From contig CAYZQS010000003.1 in NCBI GenBank assembly GCA_964480735.1, forward strand, positions 14,490 to 69,644: a stretch of 55,155 nucleotides of DNA, written 5' to 3'. Made by a program: the position numbers and the translations under genes. Source of the DNA: an uncultured Rhodobacterales bacterium (lineage in GTDB: Bacteria; Pseudomonadota; Alphaproteobacteria; Rhodobacterales; Rhodobacteraceae). This document shows positions 27,321-36,571 of the stretch, piece by piece. The number at the start of each line of letters is the position of its first letter. The first letter of the stretch is position 1. The notes beneath the pieces are model-generated. The model was not told the origin of the DNA. It saw only the letters and a list, made by a program, of their open reading frames with translations, and ran no database searches.

Positions 27321-27730
27321 ATGACTACAAAGAATGCAATAAACGGCTTTGGGCGCACCGGGCGGGGTCTTTTGCGAAGCCTGATCGAGGGTGAAGTTTC
27401 GGACATAGATGTTGTCGCAATTAGTGACCTCGGGGATCCGGAAATGCTTGCCCATCTGTTAAAGTACGATTCTGTACACGGTCCCTTGAAACGCCAAGTT
27501 TCGATCGAAGGTGATAACTTGTGCGTTGATGGCAAAAATATTCGACTTACGTCCATTACGAAGCTGACCCGATGGTCTCGATCGATTTTAACCATAATCC
27601 GCATTCTTCCTGTTTTGCGCCACAGCAAACCAAAGTTACTGAAGGCGGGCTTGTTCGGGTTCTTAGCTGGTACGACAACGAGTGGGGATTTTCCGACCGG
27701 ATGATCGATACGGGCCATGCGTTGGCTAGA
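27321..27730 (+). pseudogene. gap: Glyceraldehyde-3-phosphate dehydrogenase pseudogene (internal ~200-codon deletion plus frameshift)
   Basis: The N-terminus MTTKNAINGFGRTGRGLLR...LAHLLKYDSVHG runs to about codon 85. Around 27555-27570 it jumps to another frame reading the extreme C-terminus ([22 protein letters not shown]...[17 protein letters not shown]). The catalytic Cys region is absent. Confidence 0.8.
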
Positions 27731-28550
27731 TTATCCATCACCACAACATCGCCTTTTCTCAAGGTTGGTGCGAGTTGGGTTTTGATGTAGGTGATAAATG
27801 CGGGGCCATCCATCGGGCCGTCCAGCACCCAAGGTGCCGTCATGCCATCATGGCGCAGGCCGGCAATGAATGTCATGGTCTTCCAGTGACCGTGTGGGAT
27901 TGAAGCCACCAAGCGCTGGCCTTTTGCAGATCGCCCACGCAGTCGGGCCATCTTTGTGTTCAGTCCGGTTTCATCCACTGGCTGGCAGGAGATTGCGCAG
28001 CAATCTGCCGAGAAGCGATGAACACGATCCGGTCCAATAGGTGTAGATGGTGTTTCAGCCAATCCTGGCGTTTGCGCCAGCGGTTGCGTTTTGCCTGCAC
28101 ATCGGCACGTTCCTGTTCACTGGCGTGAGCCGTTTTTTTTATAAGTGATCCGGTTGGAGCGCAGCCAGTCATCCAGTGTGGACGATCCGGCACGCACACC
28201 ATGTTCACCGTCCAGTCGGGCACATAACTCGGCCAATGTCAGGTCTGGTTGATCGGCAATCCAGCCGATGATATCCGCGCGATACTGATCAAGCTTACTC
28301 TTGCGTTTCTTCGGCACTTTTGGGTCAACATGACCAAAATCGCCTGCCTGCCGAACAAATCGAATGGCCGAACTGGCACTGACCTTAAACTGCCGCGCAG
28401 CCGCACGGCGCGATACACCTGACCCAACCAAATCAACAATACGAAGTCGTAAATCCCGAGATAAAGCCATAAATGATCCTCCTGACTCTTTGAATCAGAG
28501 GAATTCAATCCCGTAAACCTGTTTATGATTCAAAGCAGGCCGGAAGTGCT
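27728..28550 (-). mobile_element. IS630-family insertion sequence remnant (transposase frame-broken and 3'-truncated)
   Basis: The N-terminal HTH ORF is 28470-28117. The frame changes at the A8 run (28133-28140) to ...LIKKTAHASEQERADVQAKRNRWRKRQ...RIVFI, and changes again to VDETGLNTKMARLRGRSAKG...GDVVVMDNL. Homology stops at about 27727, before the last catalytic residue, where it abuts the gap remnant. The outer end is not defined. Confidence 0.75.
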
Positions 28551-28704
28551 CTAACCGACTGACCGACCGGTCGACAAGTGCGCCGCTGCCATCCAACGTT
28601 GGTCAGAGAATGGCCAAAAAACACCTTTTGTTCGCGGCAATTTGTCAAAGACCAAGGATAAAGCGCGTTGCGCAGCCGCTTCCGTCAGTTTAAAAGAAAA
28701 CGCC

Positions 28705-29223
28705 TTACGCGTCTTCGCGCGGATAGGCCACCAACCCCAATCTGCGAGCATTCTCCAGCGACAGCGTGTCAGATTCCAGACCTCTCGCCGCCTGAAATCG
28801 CCGGATCGCCCTTTTTGTGCGCGGGTCCATCTGGCCGGTGATGCGACCAAAATAGACGCCGCGTACTTTCAGGGCACGTTGCAGGGAGGCCACAAACTGT
28901 GTGTCCATCGCCACGCGACAGGGTGTTTTAAACCAGCTGTCCACCCGTGCGGTTACGATTTTTTGCAGGGTTTCTGTGCGGTAGACCGCGGGCGTGATCA
29001 GCCCGCCGGTATCGTCATAGGTGGCAGCGCGCACCAGAACTTGTTCGGTGACCGTTTCAATCACGGCAGGCGAGGTGGTTTTGCCATAACACGCACCGGG
29101 TTCGGGATTTGGCGGGCCAGCGTTGCGGGCCACCAGCAAAGTGTCCTGCCGGTCGGACCCGGCTTGACAGGCAACCAGCAGCATCAGACCGCCGGTCAGG
29201 CCAATAAGAGTGCGTTTGCGCAT
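28705..29223 (-). CDS. Lipoprotein with a C-terminal peptidoglycan-binding (PG_binding_1-like) domain
   Basis: Lipobox LLVAC. The C-terminus LQRALKVRGVYFGRITGQMDPRTKRAIRRFQAARGL is typical of the PG-binding repeat. Confidence 0.7.
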   Translation of the reverse strand: MRKRTLIGLTGGLMLLVACQAGSDRQDTLLVARNAGPPNPEPGACYGKTTSPAVIETVTEQVLVRAATYDDTGGLITPAVYRTETLQKIVTARVDSWFKTPCRVAMDTQFVASLQRALKVRGVYFGRITGQMDPRTKRAIRRFQAARGLESDTLSLENARRLGLVAYPREDA

Positions 29224-29398
29224 GGTAATCCTGTACTGCTGCCGCCCGATTTTCCGGGTCTTGGTGCCAACCTAACGTGAAACGGGGGTTAACTAAAGAA
29301 AAATGCGCACCGCGCGTCGTTTGCCCGCTAAGGCAGTTTTCTTTTTACCTGAATAAGCTGGTGGCGCTGAAAACCCTGTTCGCCCATGCGCCTTACGT

Positions 29399-29441
29399 GC
29401 GTTTTGCAAAACCGCCCTGCGTCAGATTAAACACAAAACGC
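29399..29441 (+). repeat. 43-bp intergenic repeat, copy 1
   Basis: GCGTTTTGCAAAACCGCCCTGCGTCAGATTAAACACAAAACGC. The last 29 nt match copy 2 with 2 mismatches. The ends GCGTTTTG / CAAAACGC are self-complementary. Confidence 0.85.
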
Positions 29442-29442
29442 T

Positions 29443-29805
29443 TTAAGGCGTCGGTGCCTGCAACAGATCATCCAGCATATACGAGATATCCTCCACATGG
29501 CGCGCAATGATATGCACCACCAGCCCTTCGCGCTGCAGTTCTCCGGTCACTCGCAGCAATCGTCCGGCAATCACCGCCCGGCGGTAGGTCTCATAGGTCT
29601 TGGACCAGCAGATGATGTTGGAAATCCCGGTCTCATCCTCCAGCGTCAAAAAGATGATGCCCTTGGCGGTGCCGGGACGCTGGCGCACCAGAACCAGCCC
29701 GGCCACACAGACAACCGCCCCCTGGGCCGGTTCATCCAGCCGTTTGTGCGGCAGACACGCGGGCGGGCGTGGCCAGCTTTTGGGTTGCGGGGGCACATAA
29801 GTCAT
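29443..29805 (-). pseudogene. dnaE2: C-terminal remnant (about 100 codons, OB-fold end) of the error-prone polymerase DnaE2
   Basis: VCVAGLVLVRQRPGTAKGIIFLTLEDETGISNIICWSKTYETYRR...LLRVTGELQREGLVVHIIARHVEDIS matches the conserved DnaE2 C-terminus. A full-length DnaE2 is over 1000 aa, and nothing upstream continues it. Confidence 0.75.
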
Positions 29806-29807
29806 AA

Positions 29808-29822
29808 GAACAAAATAAGAAC
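29808..29822. promoter_or_regulatory. Alphaproteobacterial LexA (SOS) box GAAC-N7-GAAC
   Basis: GAACAAAATAAGAAC lies 3 nt upstream of the ATG of the dnaE2 remnant ORF. Confidence 0.45.
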
Positions 29823-29971
29823 ATTTGCGAAAATAACAAGAGTTTTATTGGGTGCGATGACCTGCCTCTGGCAATCGCCGCAAGATTGACCTATCTGGCA
29901 GATAAACCGGCGCTTTTGCGCGGGAAAGACAGAAATAATCACCGCTTATGGGCGGCGCAAAGGACAAGTGA

Positions 29972-30294
<323 letters not shown>

Positions 30295-30295
<1 letters not shown>

Positions 30296-31041
30296 TGAAG
30301 ACGCTCCTGCGCAGGGCAATGGCAACTGGCCTGATGCTGGTTTGTCCTCTGTTTGCCAGCGCGCAAGACAACGAAAAATACATCCAAAGCGCGACTTATA
30401 TTGCGCCAACCACGCGCTATGACCACGGTATTTTAGGCGATGCGATTGAATATGGCGCGATGCGAATGCTTTATGCCAGTTGTGAGGATTGCGCCAATCC
30501 GGTGCGGGGCAGCGTCAGGATAACGCTACCGCAAAACCGGGTGTTTGAGGATCTGAAACCACGATTGATTGATCTGGACAATGACAGGCAAAACGAAGTT
30601 GTGGTCATTGAAACAGATCTTGATCTGGGCGCGCGGTTGGCGGTCTATGATCTGAAAGGCCTCATAGACGCCACACCGTTTATCGGTCGCACCCACCGTT
30701 GGCTGGCCCCGATCGGTGCGGCTGATCTGGACGGCGACGGCTTTGTGGAGCTTGCTTATATTCTGAAACCGCATCTGGCCAAAGAGCTGCTGGTCTGGCG
30801 CTGGCGCGACAGAAAACTGGCGTTTGTCGCCAAAATCGGCGGGCTGACCAATCACCGGATCGGTCAGGATTTTATTTCCGGTGGAATTCGAGATTGCGGC
30901 CAGGGGCCGGAACTGGTGAGTGCTAACAGCAACTGGTCTTTGGTTATGGTCACAACTTTTGACGGCGGCAGTCTGGTGTCCCGCCCGGTTGGACCTTTTC
31001 GCGGCACAGACAGCATCAACGCGGCCCTTACCTGCCCATAG
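30295..31041 (+). CDS. Secreted FG-GAP/VCBS-repeat protein
   Basis: Signal peptide, then DLDNDRQNEVVVIE and AADLDGDGFVELAY Ca-binding-like FG-GAP motifs. The start overlaps the ferredoxin stop. Confidence 0.6.
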
Positions 31042-31047
31042 CCAATT

Positions 31048-31090
31048 GGGTTTTTCCTGCGCGCCCTGCCGCAGATTAAACACAAAACGC
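31048..31090 (+). repeat. 43-bp intergenic repeat, copy 2
   Basis: GGGTTTTTCCTGCGCGCCCTGCCGCAGATTAAACACAAAACGC, in the same orientation as copy 1. Confidence 0.85.
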
Positions 31091-31114
31091 CATACCCTGA
31101 GATTGATGCGGGTT

Positions 31115-31389
31115 TAAGAGCCCTTCACCCTTATTCATAATCACCCGGTTTCTTCCGGATACGGCAGCCCGTCATTCTATTGGCCGCAGCGCGATATGAA
31201 TATCATGCAAGGCCAACGGGGCGACGGATGCCGTATCCGGGTGAAATCCCCTCGGGACCCACGCCAATTTGCCCCAATTTCCGCGCCGTTGTTCTTGCAG
31301 GTACTCCATTACCGGCTGCGAACAACAGCTTGATCTAGGGCCAAATTGGCGCAGGCCGGGTGCCTATGAATAAGGGTGAAGGGCTCTAA
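31115..31389. mobile_element. MITE-like element: 22-23-bp perfect terminal inverted repeats, TAA flanking duplication, highly structured non-coding interior
   Basis: (A)GAGCCCTTCACCCTTATTCATA at 31117-31139 is the exact reverse complement of 31365-31387. TAA lies on both flanks (31115-31117, 31387-31389). The interior has no ORF but contains nested hairpins, for example CCGGATACGGCA 31155-31166 with TGCCGTATCCGG 31229-31240. Confidence 0.6.
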
Positions 31390-31419
31390 GGTGAGTATTT
31401 TTGCAAAGATGAAGCCGCG

Positions 31420-32298
31420 TTAGCGGGTGAAGACGTTGACGATGGCGGAAATGTCTTTATCGCCATCGCCAAAGTCAGACGCATTTTGCAGGATGTTCAG
31501 GGATTGATCGGTCATCGGGGTTTTGGCCCCTGACCGGGTTGCGACGTCTGACACCGTGACCAGGTCTTTGATCATCGTGTCCGTCGCGCCCATCGGGTTT
31601 TCAAAATCCCGTGCGGCCATGCGTGGGGCAAACAGCTGGAAAGGTTTGGAATCCGCAAATCCACCGGCAAGGGCTTGGGTCAGCGTCTTGGCGTTGACAC
31701 CGGATTTTTCGGCGAAATGGACCGCCTCGGCGATCACCGACATGGTGCAGCCAACGATGATCTGGTTACACAGTTTGGTCAGCAGCCCGGCACCGGTCCC
31801 ACCCATATGCGTAAAGCGCGCGGACAGGTTGGCGATGATCGGGCGCAGGGTTTTGATATCAGCGGCGTCCCCGCCGGCCATGATGGCCAAACTGCCTGCA
31901 ACAGCACCCGGAACGCCACCGGATATGGGGGCGTCAACCCAGGACGCGCCGTTTGACTGCCGCAGGCGGGCGGCGAAATCACGCGCGGTATCGGGGTTTA
32001 TAGTGCCAAAATCGACAATGATTTTTGGGTGGTTTGATGTTGCAATGCCGTTTTCGCCGAAGACCACTGCCTCTATGGATTTAGCGTCCATAAGGCACAT
32101 AAACACGTAATCGGCGTTTTCAGCCACCGCGCGTGGTGTTTCATGGGCCACCGCGCCCTTGGCGACCACGTCGTTCATCTTGGCCGCTGTTCGGTTCCAA
32201 ACATGGACGGTATATCCGGCGTCCAATAGGCGGTGCACCATAGGTTCACCCATCAGGCCTATGCCAATATAGCCGATTGTTGGTCTGTCAGTGCTCAT
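31420..32298 (-). CDS. NAD(P)-dependent beta-hydroxyacid dehydrogenase (3-hydroxyisobutyrate / tartronate-semialdehyde reductase family)
   Basis: ATG 32298 ([20 protein letters not shown], a GxGxMG fold), with an ATGA overlap with the upstream dehydratase. Confidence 0.8.
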   Translation of the reverse strand: MSTDRPTIGYIGIGLMGEPMVHRLLDAGYTVHVWNRTAAKMNDVVAKGAVAHETPRAVAENADYVFMCLMDAKSIEAVVFGENGIATSNHPKIIVDFGTINPDTARDFAARLRQSNGASWVDAPISGGVPGAVAGSLAIMAGGDAADIKTLRPIIANLSARFTHMGGTGAGLLTKLCNQIIVGCTMSVIAEAVHFAEKSGVNAKTLTQALAGGFADSKPFQLFAPRMAARDFENPMGATDTMIKDLVTVSDVATRSGAKTPMTDQSLNILQNASDFGDGDKDISAIVNVFTR

Positions 32299-34016
32299 AG
32301 TTCTTCGTCCCGTTCCCATGTTGAATCGCCCTTGTGGGTCAGCGCGCCCAAATGGGCGGACCCCACCTGATCGGCGTATTTTTGCAAAACACCGGCCAGG
32401 GGGTGTTTGCGGCGGCGCGGTTTATAGGCCGTGCGCCGCGCCTGCAGCGTTGCCGCGTCCACCTGCAAATCCATCGTCCGGGCTTTGGCATCTATGGCAA
32501 TGATATCGCCGTTTTCCACCAGTGCCAGCGGCCCACCGGCCCCCGCTTCAGGCGAAACATACCCGATGCACAGGCCCCGCGTTGCCCCGGAAAACCGCCC
32601 GTCTGTCACCAAAGCCACTTGTTCGCCCATACCCTGCCCGTAAATCACGGCTGTCGGCCCAAGCATCTCACGCATGCCCGGACCACCGCGCGGGCCTTCG
32701 TTGCGAATGATGATCACGTCGCCTTCGCTGTAATTGCGGGTGCGAATCGCGGCCATGCAATCTTCTTCACTTTCAAACACCAGGGCCGGGCCTTTGTGGG
32801 TCAGCTTTTTAAGTCCTGCGATTTTGATCAATGCGCCGTCAGGCGCCAGATTGCCTTTAAGCACCACGACACCGCCGTCAGGCGTGATCGGCTTTGCCGC
32901 GTCGTGGATGATGTCGCCATCCGGCGGGCCTGCGTCCGCCACCAGCTCTGCCAGCGTACCGCCCATGATCGTTGGTGTTTTGCCGTGGATAAGCCCTTGA
33001 TCCAGCAGGGTTTTGACAACCACCTTGATGCCGCCCAGCCGGTGCACGTCTTCGGCGTAATATTTGCCACCGGGCTGCATGTTGCCAATCAGCGGCGTGC
33101 GGGCAAAAACCTCTGCCACGTCTTCCAGTGTGAACCTGATACCCGCCTCATGGGCAATCGCCGGAATATGCAGCGCGGCGTTGGTGGACCCGCCGGTGGC
33201 GGAAACCACAGTGCAGGCATTTTCCAGACTTTCCCGGGTGATCAGATCGCGCGGCAACGGGCCGCCGTTTTGCAAAAGGTCCATCACCACATGGCCCGCC
33301 TGCCGCCCCAAAACCGTGCGTTCTTCAAAAACCGCCGGCGCAGTGGCAGAGCCTGGCAAACCAATGCCAAGGGTTTCAGACACCATCGCCATCGTGTTGG
33401 CGGTAAACTGGCCGGGGCAGGCACCTATGGTGGGCATGGCGGCGCGTTCCATACCGTCCAGTTCAGATTCAGTCATATGGCCCGCCTGCACAGCGCCAAT
33501 GCCTTCGTATGTGTCAATCAATGAAACCCGCTGGCCGCGCCACTGGCCAATCAGTGTGCTGCCGCCGTGCAAAAACACCGAGGGCACGTTCAGGCGCACC
33601 ATCGCCATCATGATCGCGGGCAGGTTTTTGTCACATCCGGCATAGCCAATCAGCGCGTCATAGGCGTGTCCGCGCATCACCAGTTCGATTGAATCGGCAA
33701 TAATCTCGCGCGAAATCAACGAGCATTTCATACCCTGATGGTTCATGGAAATGCCGTCAGAGACGGAAATGGTGGTAAAGGCCCGTGGCGTGCCGCCCGC
33801 TTCCTGTACACCTGCATAGGCGTGTTTGGCCTGATCGCCCAGATTGGCATTACAGGGCGAAGTTTCGCTTTGCGTGGTGACAATGCCCACAAACGGCCGG
33901 GCGATGGCGGCATCATCCAGCCCCATTCCGCGCATGAACCCCCGGTGCGGCGTGCGGTCCAGACCGTCAGTGGTGATGCGCGAGCGCAGCCTGGTCGCGT
34001 TGGATTGCTTGGCCAT
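32295..34016 (-). CDS. IlvD/Edd-family dehydratase (sugar-acid dehydratase type)
   Basis: 573 aa with [12 protein letters not shown] and other IlvD/Edd signatures. The context suggests an aldonate dehydratase rather than IlvD proper. Confidence 0.8.
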   Translation of the reverse strand: MAKQSNATRLRSRITTDGLDRTPHRGFMRGMGLDDAAIARPFVGIVTTQSETSPCNANLGDQAKHAYAGVQEAGGTPRAFTTISVSDGISMNHQGMKCSLISREIIADSIELVMRGHAYDALIGYAGCDKNLPAIMMAMVRLNVPSVFLHGGSTLIGQWRGQRVSLIDTYEGIGAVQAGHMTESELDGMERAAMPTIGACPGQFTANTMAMVSETLGIGLPGSATAPAVFEERTVLGRQAGHVVMDLLQNGGPLPRDLITRESLENACTVVSATGGSTNAALHIPAIAHEAGIRFTLEDVAEVFARTPLIGNMQPGGKYYAEDVHRLGGIKVVVKTLLDQGLIHGKTPTIMGGTLAELVADAGPPDGDIIHDAAKPITPDGGVVVLKGNLAPDGALIKIAGLKKLTHKGPALVFESEEDCMAAIRTRNYSEGDVIIIRNEGPRGGPGMREMLGPTAVIYGQGMGEQVALVTDGRFSGATRGLCIGYVSPEAGAGGPLALVENGDIIAIDAKARTMDLQVDAATLQARRTAYKPRRRKHPLAGVLQKYADQVGSAHLGALTHKGDSTWERDEEL

Positions 34017-34037
34017 GATCCCCTCCGTTGGCGGGCG

Positions 34038-34829
34038 TCAGCCGATCGAAAACGCCACCTTGCCCAGCACATCCATATCAACCGAAATATCACCTGCGTC
34101 GTCAAGCGGTATCGGCGGCACATGGGTTCCGCACATCACGATCATTCCGGCCTTCAGCGTCAGGCCCCGACTGATCAGATGATTGGCCAGCCAGGCAACC
34201 GCATCCAGCGGGTGTTGCGGAGCGGTACCAACTGTATTGGCAACGATTTCGCCGTCAATTGACACCAAAACCGCAAGTGTTTCCACATTCAGCAGCTGTG
34301 GCGTCATACCCGGGCCGCCGTGAACCAGCCCGGCGGTGGTGATATTTTGGGCAATGACAGAGGTCAGGCGGGACGATGGCAGATGCAATCCGCGGCAATC
34401 TATCAGTTCGATCGCCGGGACAAATTTTTCAATCGCATCCATCGCGGAATTCCGGTCGTGCCCACCTTCCCGCGGGTTCATATCGCGGCCAATCTCTGCC
34501 ATGATTTCAGGCTCAATCAGCATGCTGTGGTAGGCCTGCCCCGATAATTTTGCCCCGGATGGGTGCATCTGGTTTGCAAACATCCGTGCGGAGCCTGGCT
34601 CTGACGTGCCAAAATGCTGCATCAGTGCTGCCGAATTCATCGCCAGTTTATACCCGCACAACGCCGTTCGGTGCCCACCTGCCAGCAGCGCCGCACTCAC
34701 CTGATCCTGAATGTCATAGGCCGCTATGATGTCATCTGGGATTTGATCGGCGTAATCGCTGAAATCGGTGAGATTTACCATATCATCAACCAGTGCGTTG
34801 ATCAGGCTGTCAGCAATATTACCCGCCAT
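34038..34829 (-). CDS. FAH-superfamily hydratase/dehydratase (2-keto-4-pentenoate hydratase-like)
   Basis: 263 aa with AAYDIQD near the N-terminus and a ...GMIVMCGT... C-terminal pattern typical of MhpD/HpcG-like proteins. Confidence 0.6.
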   Translation of the reverse strand: MAGNIADSLINALVDDMVNLTDFSDYADQIPDDIIAAYDIQDQVSAALLAGGHRTALCGYKLAMNSAALMQHFGTSEPGSARMFANQMHPSGAKLSGQAYHSMLIEPEIMAEIGRDMNPREGGHDRNSAMDAIEKFVPAIELIDCRGLHLPSSRLTSVIAQNITTAGLVHGGPGMTPQLLNVETLAVLVSIDGEIVANTVGTAPQHPLDAVAWLANHLISRGLTLKAGMIVMCGTHVPPIPLDDAGDISVDMDVLGKVAFSIG

Positions 34830-35613
34830 CAGGGTTCACCCATTTTTCAAAATCCTGACGCCAGCCCAACCCGGCGTGCGTTGCGCCCGCAGGCCAGTAT
34901 TCGGCCGCGACACACCCATCGTAGCCGACCGTTCGCAAAGCATCCAGCGCTGAACGAAAATCAATCCCGCCACTGCCCGGTTCATGGCGGCCCGGAGCGT
35001 CGGCAAACTGTACATGGCCAATCATATTGCCCGCGCGGGCAATGGCCAAATCAAGATCCGGTTCCGTTTGCGCCATGTGATATAGATCAAACTGCAGTTT
35101 GACGTTTGGCCTTTCAACACGCCGGATAACGTCCAATGCGCCGCGCAACCGGTTTATCAAAAAACCTGGCACGTCGGTTGGATTCACTGGTTCTACCATC
35201 ACCGTGGCGTCGATTTTGGCAAAGATATCAGCAGCGTATCGTAAATTGGCGATCAGCGTTTTTGTCGCCACTGCTGTTTGACCTGTCTGTGGTCGCCCGG
35301 CCAGACAGTTTATCTTTTTTACTTTCAGCGCTTTGGCATAAGACAAACATTCAGCCACCGCACCGCGAAATTCATCCACCCGCAACGGCAGGCAGGCCAG
35401 CCCGACATCGCCGTTGCTAATGTCGCCGGGTGGGACGTTTATCAGTTCAAGTGAAACACCCGCGCCACTGACGCAATGCTGCAATTGAGCGATTGACAGT
35501 TCATACGGGAACTGAACCTCGACGTGCCGAAAACCAGCCGCCGCAGCAGCGGCAAATCGTTGCTGTAAAGGCAAATCTGAAAACAGCATCGAAAGGTTGG
35601 CTGCAAAATACAC
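34819..35613 (-). CDS. Hydroxypyruvate isomerase-like TIM-barrel isomerase (Hyi/OtnI family)
   Basis: Start moved to GTG 35613, preceded by AGGAG (VYFAANLSMLF...RFAAAAAAGFRHVEVQFPYE matches the Hyi N-terminus). The listed TTG at 35667 is less likely. Confidence 0.7.
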   Translation of the reverse strand: MYFAANLSMLFSDLPLQQRFAAAAAAGFRHVEVQFPYELSIAQLQHCVSGAGVSLELINVPPGDISNGDVGLACLPLRVDEFRGAVAECLSYAKALKVKKINCLAGRPQTGQTAVATKTLIANLRYAADIFAKIDATVMVEPVNPTDVPGFLINRLRGALDVIRRVERPNVKLQFDLYHMAQTEPDLDLAIARAGNMIGHVQFADAPGRHEPGSGGIDFRSALDALRTVGYDGCVAAEYWPAGATHAGLGWRQDFEKWVNPDGG

Positions 35614-35663
35614 GAATTCTCCTGCGCGGTTTACGGCACTTTTAGGCCTGCCCGCCGCTTGGT

Positions 35664-36554
35664 TCAACTGATGGGACCGTCCTTACCATTGCCGGTGATC
35701 ACCTCAAATACTTTTGCGGCGGCGGTTTTTGCGGTGATGCCGGAGGTGTTAACAACGTGATCGGCTTTGGCGTAAAGGGCTTCACGGTCACGCAAGATTG
35801 CCTGTAAATCCGCCATCGCGTCCGGATTGCCCGAAGCCGGGCGCAAATCGCCCTGGGCACGCACGCGCAACATATGATCTGTGGCCGCCGCCCGCAGCCA
35901 GACGGTGTGATAGCGGCTCAGCAAATATTCAAAGGTTTCTGGCGCTGAAACAATCCCGCCGGCAACCGCCAGAACCATGCTGTCACCGGATCTTTCCAAT
36001 GACCCAAGCGCCTGCCGTTCCAGACGCCGGTACGCGGCTTCGCCGTAAAGGGCGAAAACCTCGGCAATGGGCATACCGCTTGATTGCCGGATCAGATCAT
36101 TCAGTTCGACAAACCGCAGGTTCAGCCGCGCCGCAAGAACCGGCCCGATGGTTGATTTCCCCGCACCGCGCAAACCAATCAGGGCAATGCGGCCCGGAGG
36201 TTTGGTTTTTGGCGGCGTCAGTATGTGCAGGACCTGCTGGCGTTGCTGGCTGGTTGCGTTTTCAAACCGCTTTGCCAGGTCCATGTTTTCCAGGTTTCCC
36301 GGCGTTAACAGATCGACAACAGAGGTGTCGAGCGCCAGCGCCACCCGGTTCAATAGGGCGATGGAAACATTGCCCCGGCCGGATTCAAGCTGCGCAAGAT
36401 GCCGTGGCGAAACGTTTGATTTTTCCGACAACTCACGCCGGGTCAGGGCTGCGTTCGCCCGCATTTGCCTGACCCGCGCCCCAATCACCCGCAACAGCGG
36501 CGCTGCGTCGTTCATGCGATTTGGGTCCACTTTCAACATCTTTTCAGCGATCAT
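35664..36554 (-). CDS. boxR: BzdR/BoxR-type regulator (XRE HTH fused to a shikimate-kinase-like domain)
   Basis: N-terminal HTH (LTRRELSEKSNVSPRHLAQLESGRGNVSIALLNRVALAL) and a C-terminal P-loop GLRGAGKST with a shikimate-kinase-like fold. Adjacent to boxB. Confidence 0.7.
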   Translation of the reverse strand: MIAEKMLKVDPNRMNDAAPLLRVIGARVRQMRANAALTRRELSEKSNVSPRHLAQLESGRGNVSIALLNRVALALDTSVVDLLTPGNLENMDLAKRFENATSQQRQQVLHILTPPKTKPPGRIALIGLRGAGKSTIGPVLAARLNLRFVELNDLIRQSSGMPIAEVFALYGEAAYRRLERQALGSLERSGDSMVLAVAGGIVSAPETFEYLLSRYHTVWLRAAATDHMLRVRAQGDLRPASGNPDAMADLQAILRDREALYAKADHVVNTSGITAKTAAAKVFEVITGNGKDGPIS

Positions 36555-36571
36555 TCGGGTTGGGTCATCGG

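Noticed and set aside
28551-29280. ORFs 28551-28850 (-) and 28642-29280 (+) around the lipoprotein gene.
   Set aside because: They overlap the 28705-29223 lipoprotein gene, which has a lipobox and a PG-binding domain. The alternatives have no features.
32334-33524. Long antisense ORFs opposite real genes, for example 32334-33524 (+), 477-1094 (-), 1152-1988 (-), 38558-39328 (+), 48062-48859 (-), 22151-22966 (+).
   Set aside because: They are shadow ORFs typical of GC-rich coding DNA. They are Arg/Pro/Gly-rich with no recognisable motifs, and each overlaps a gene with strong family signatures.
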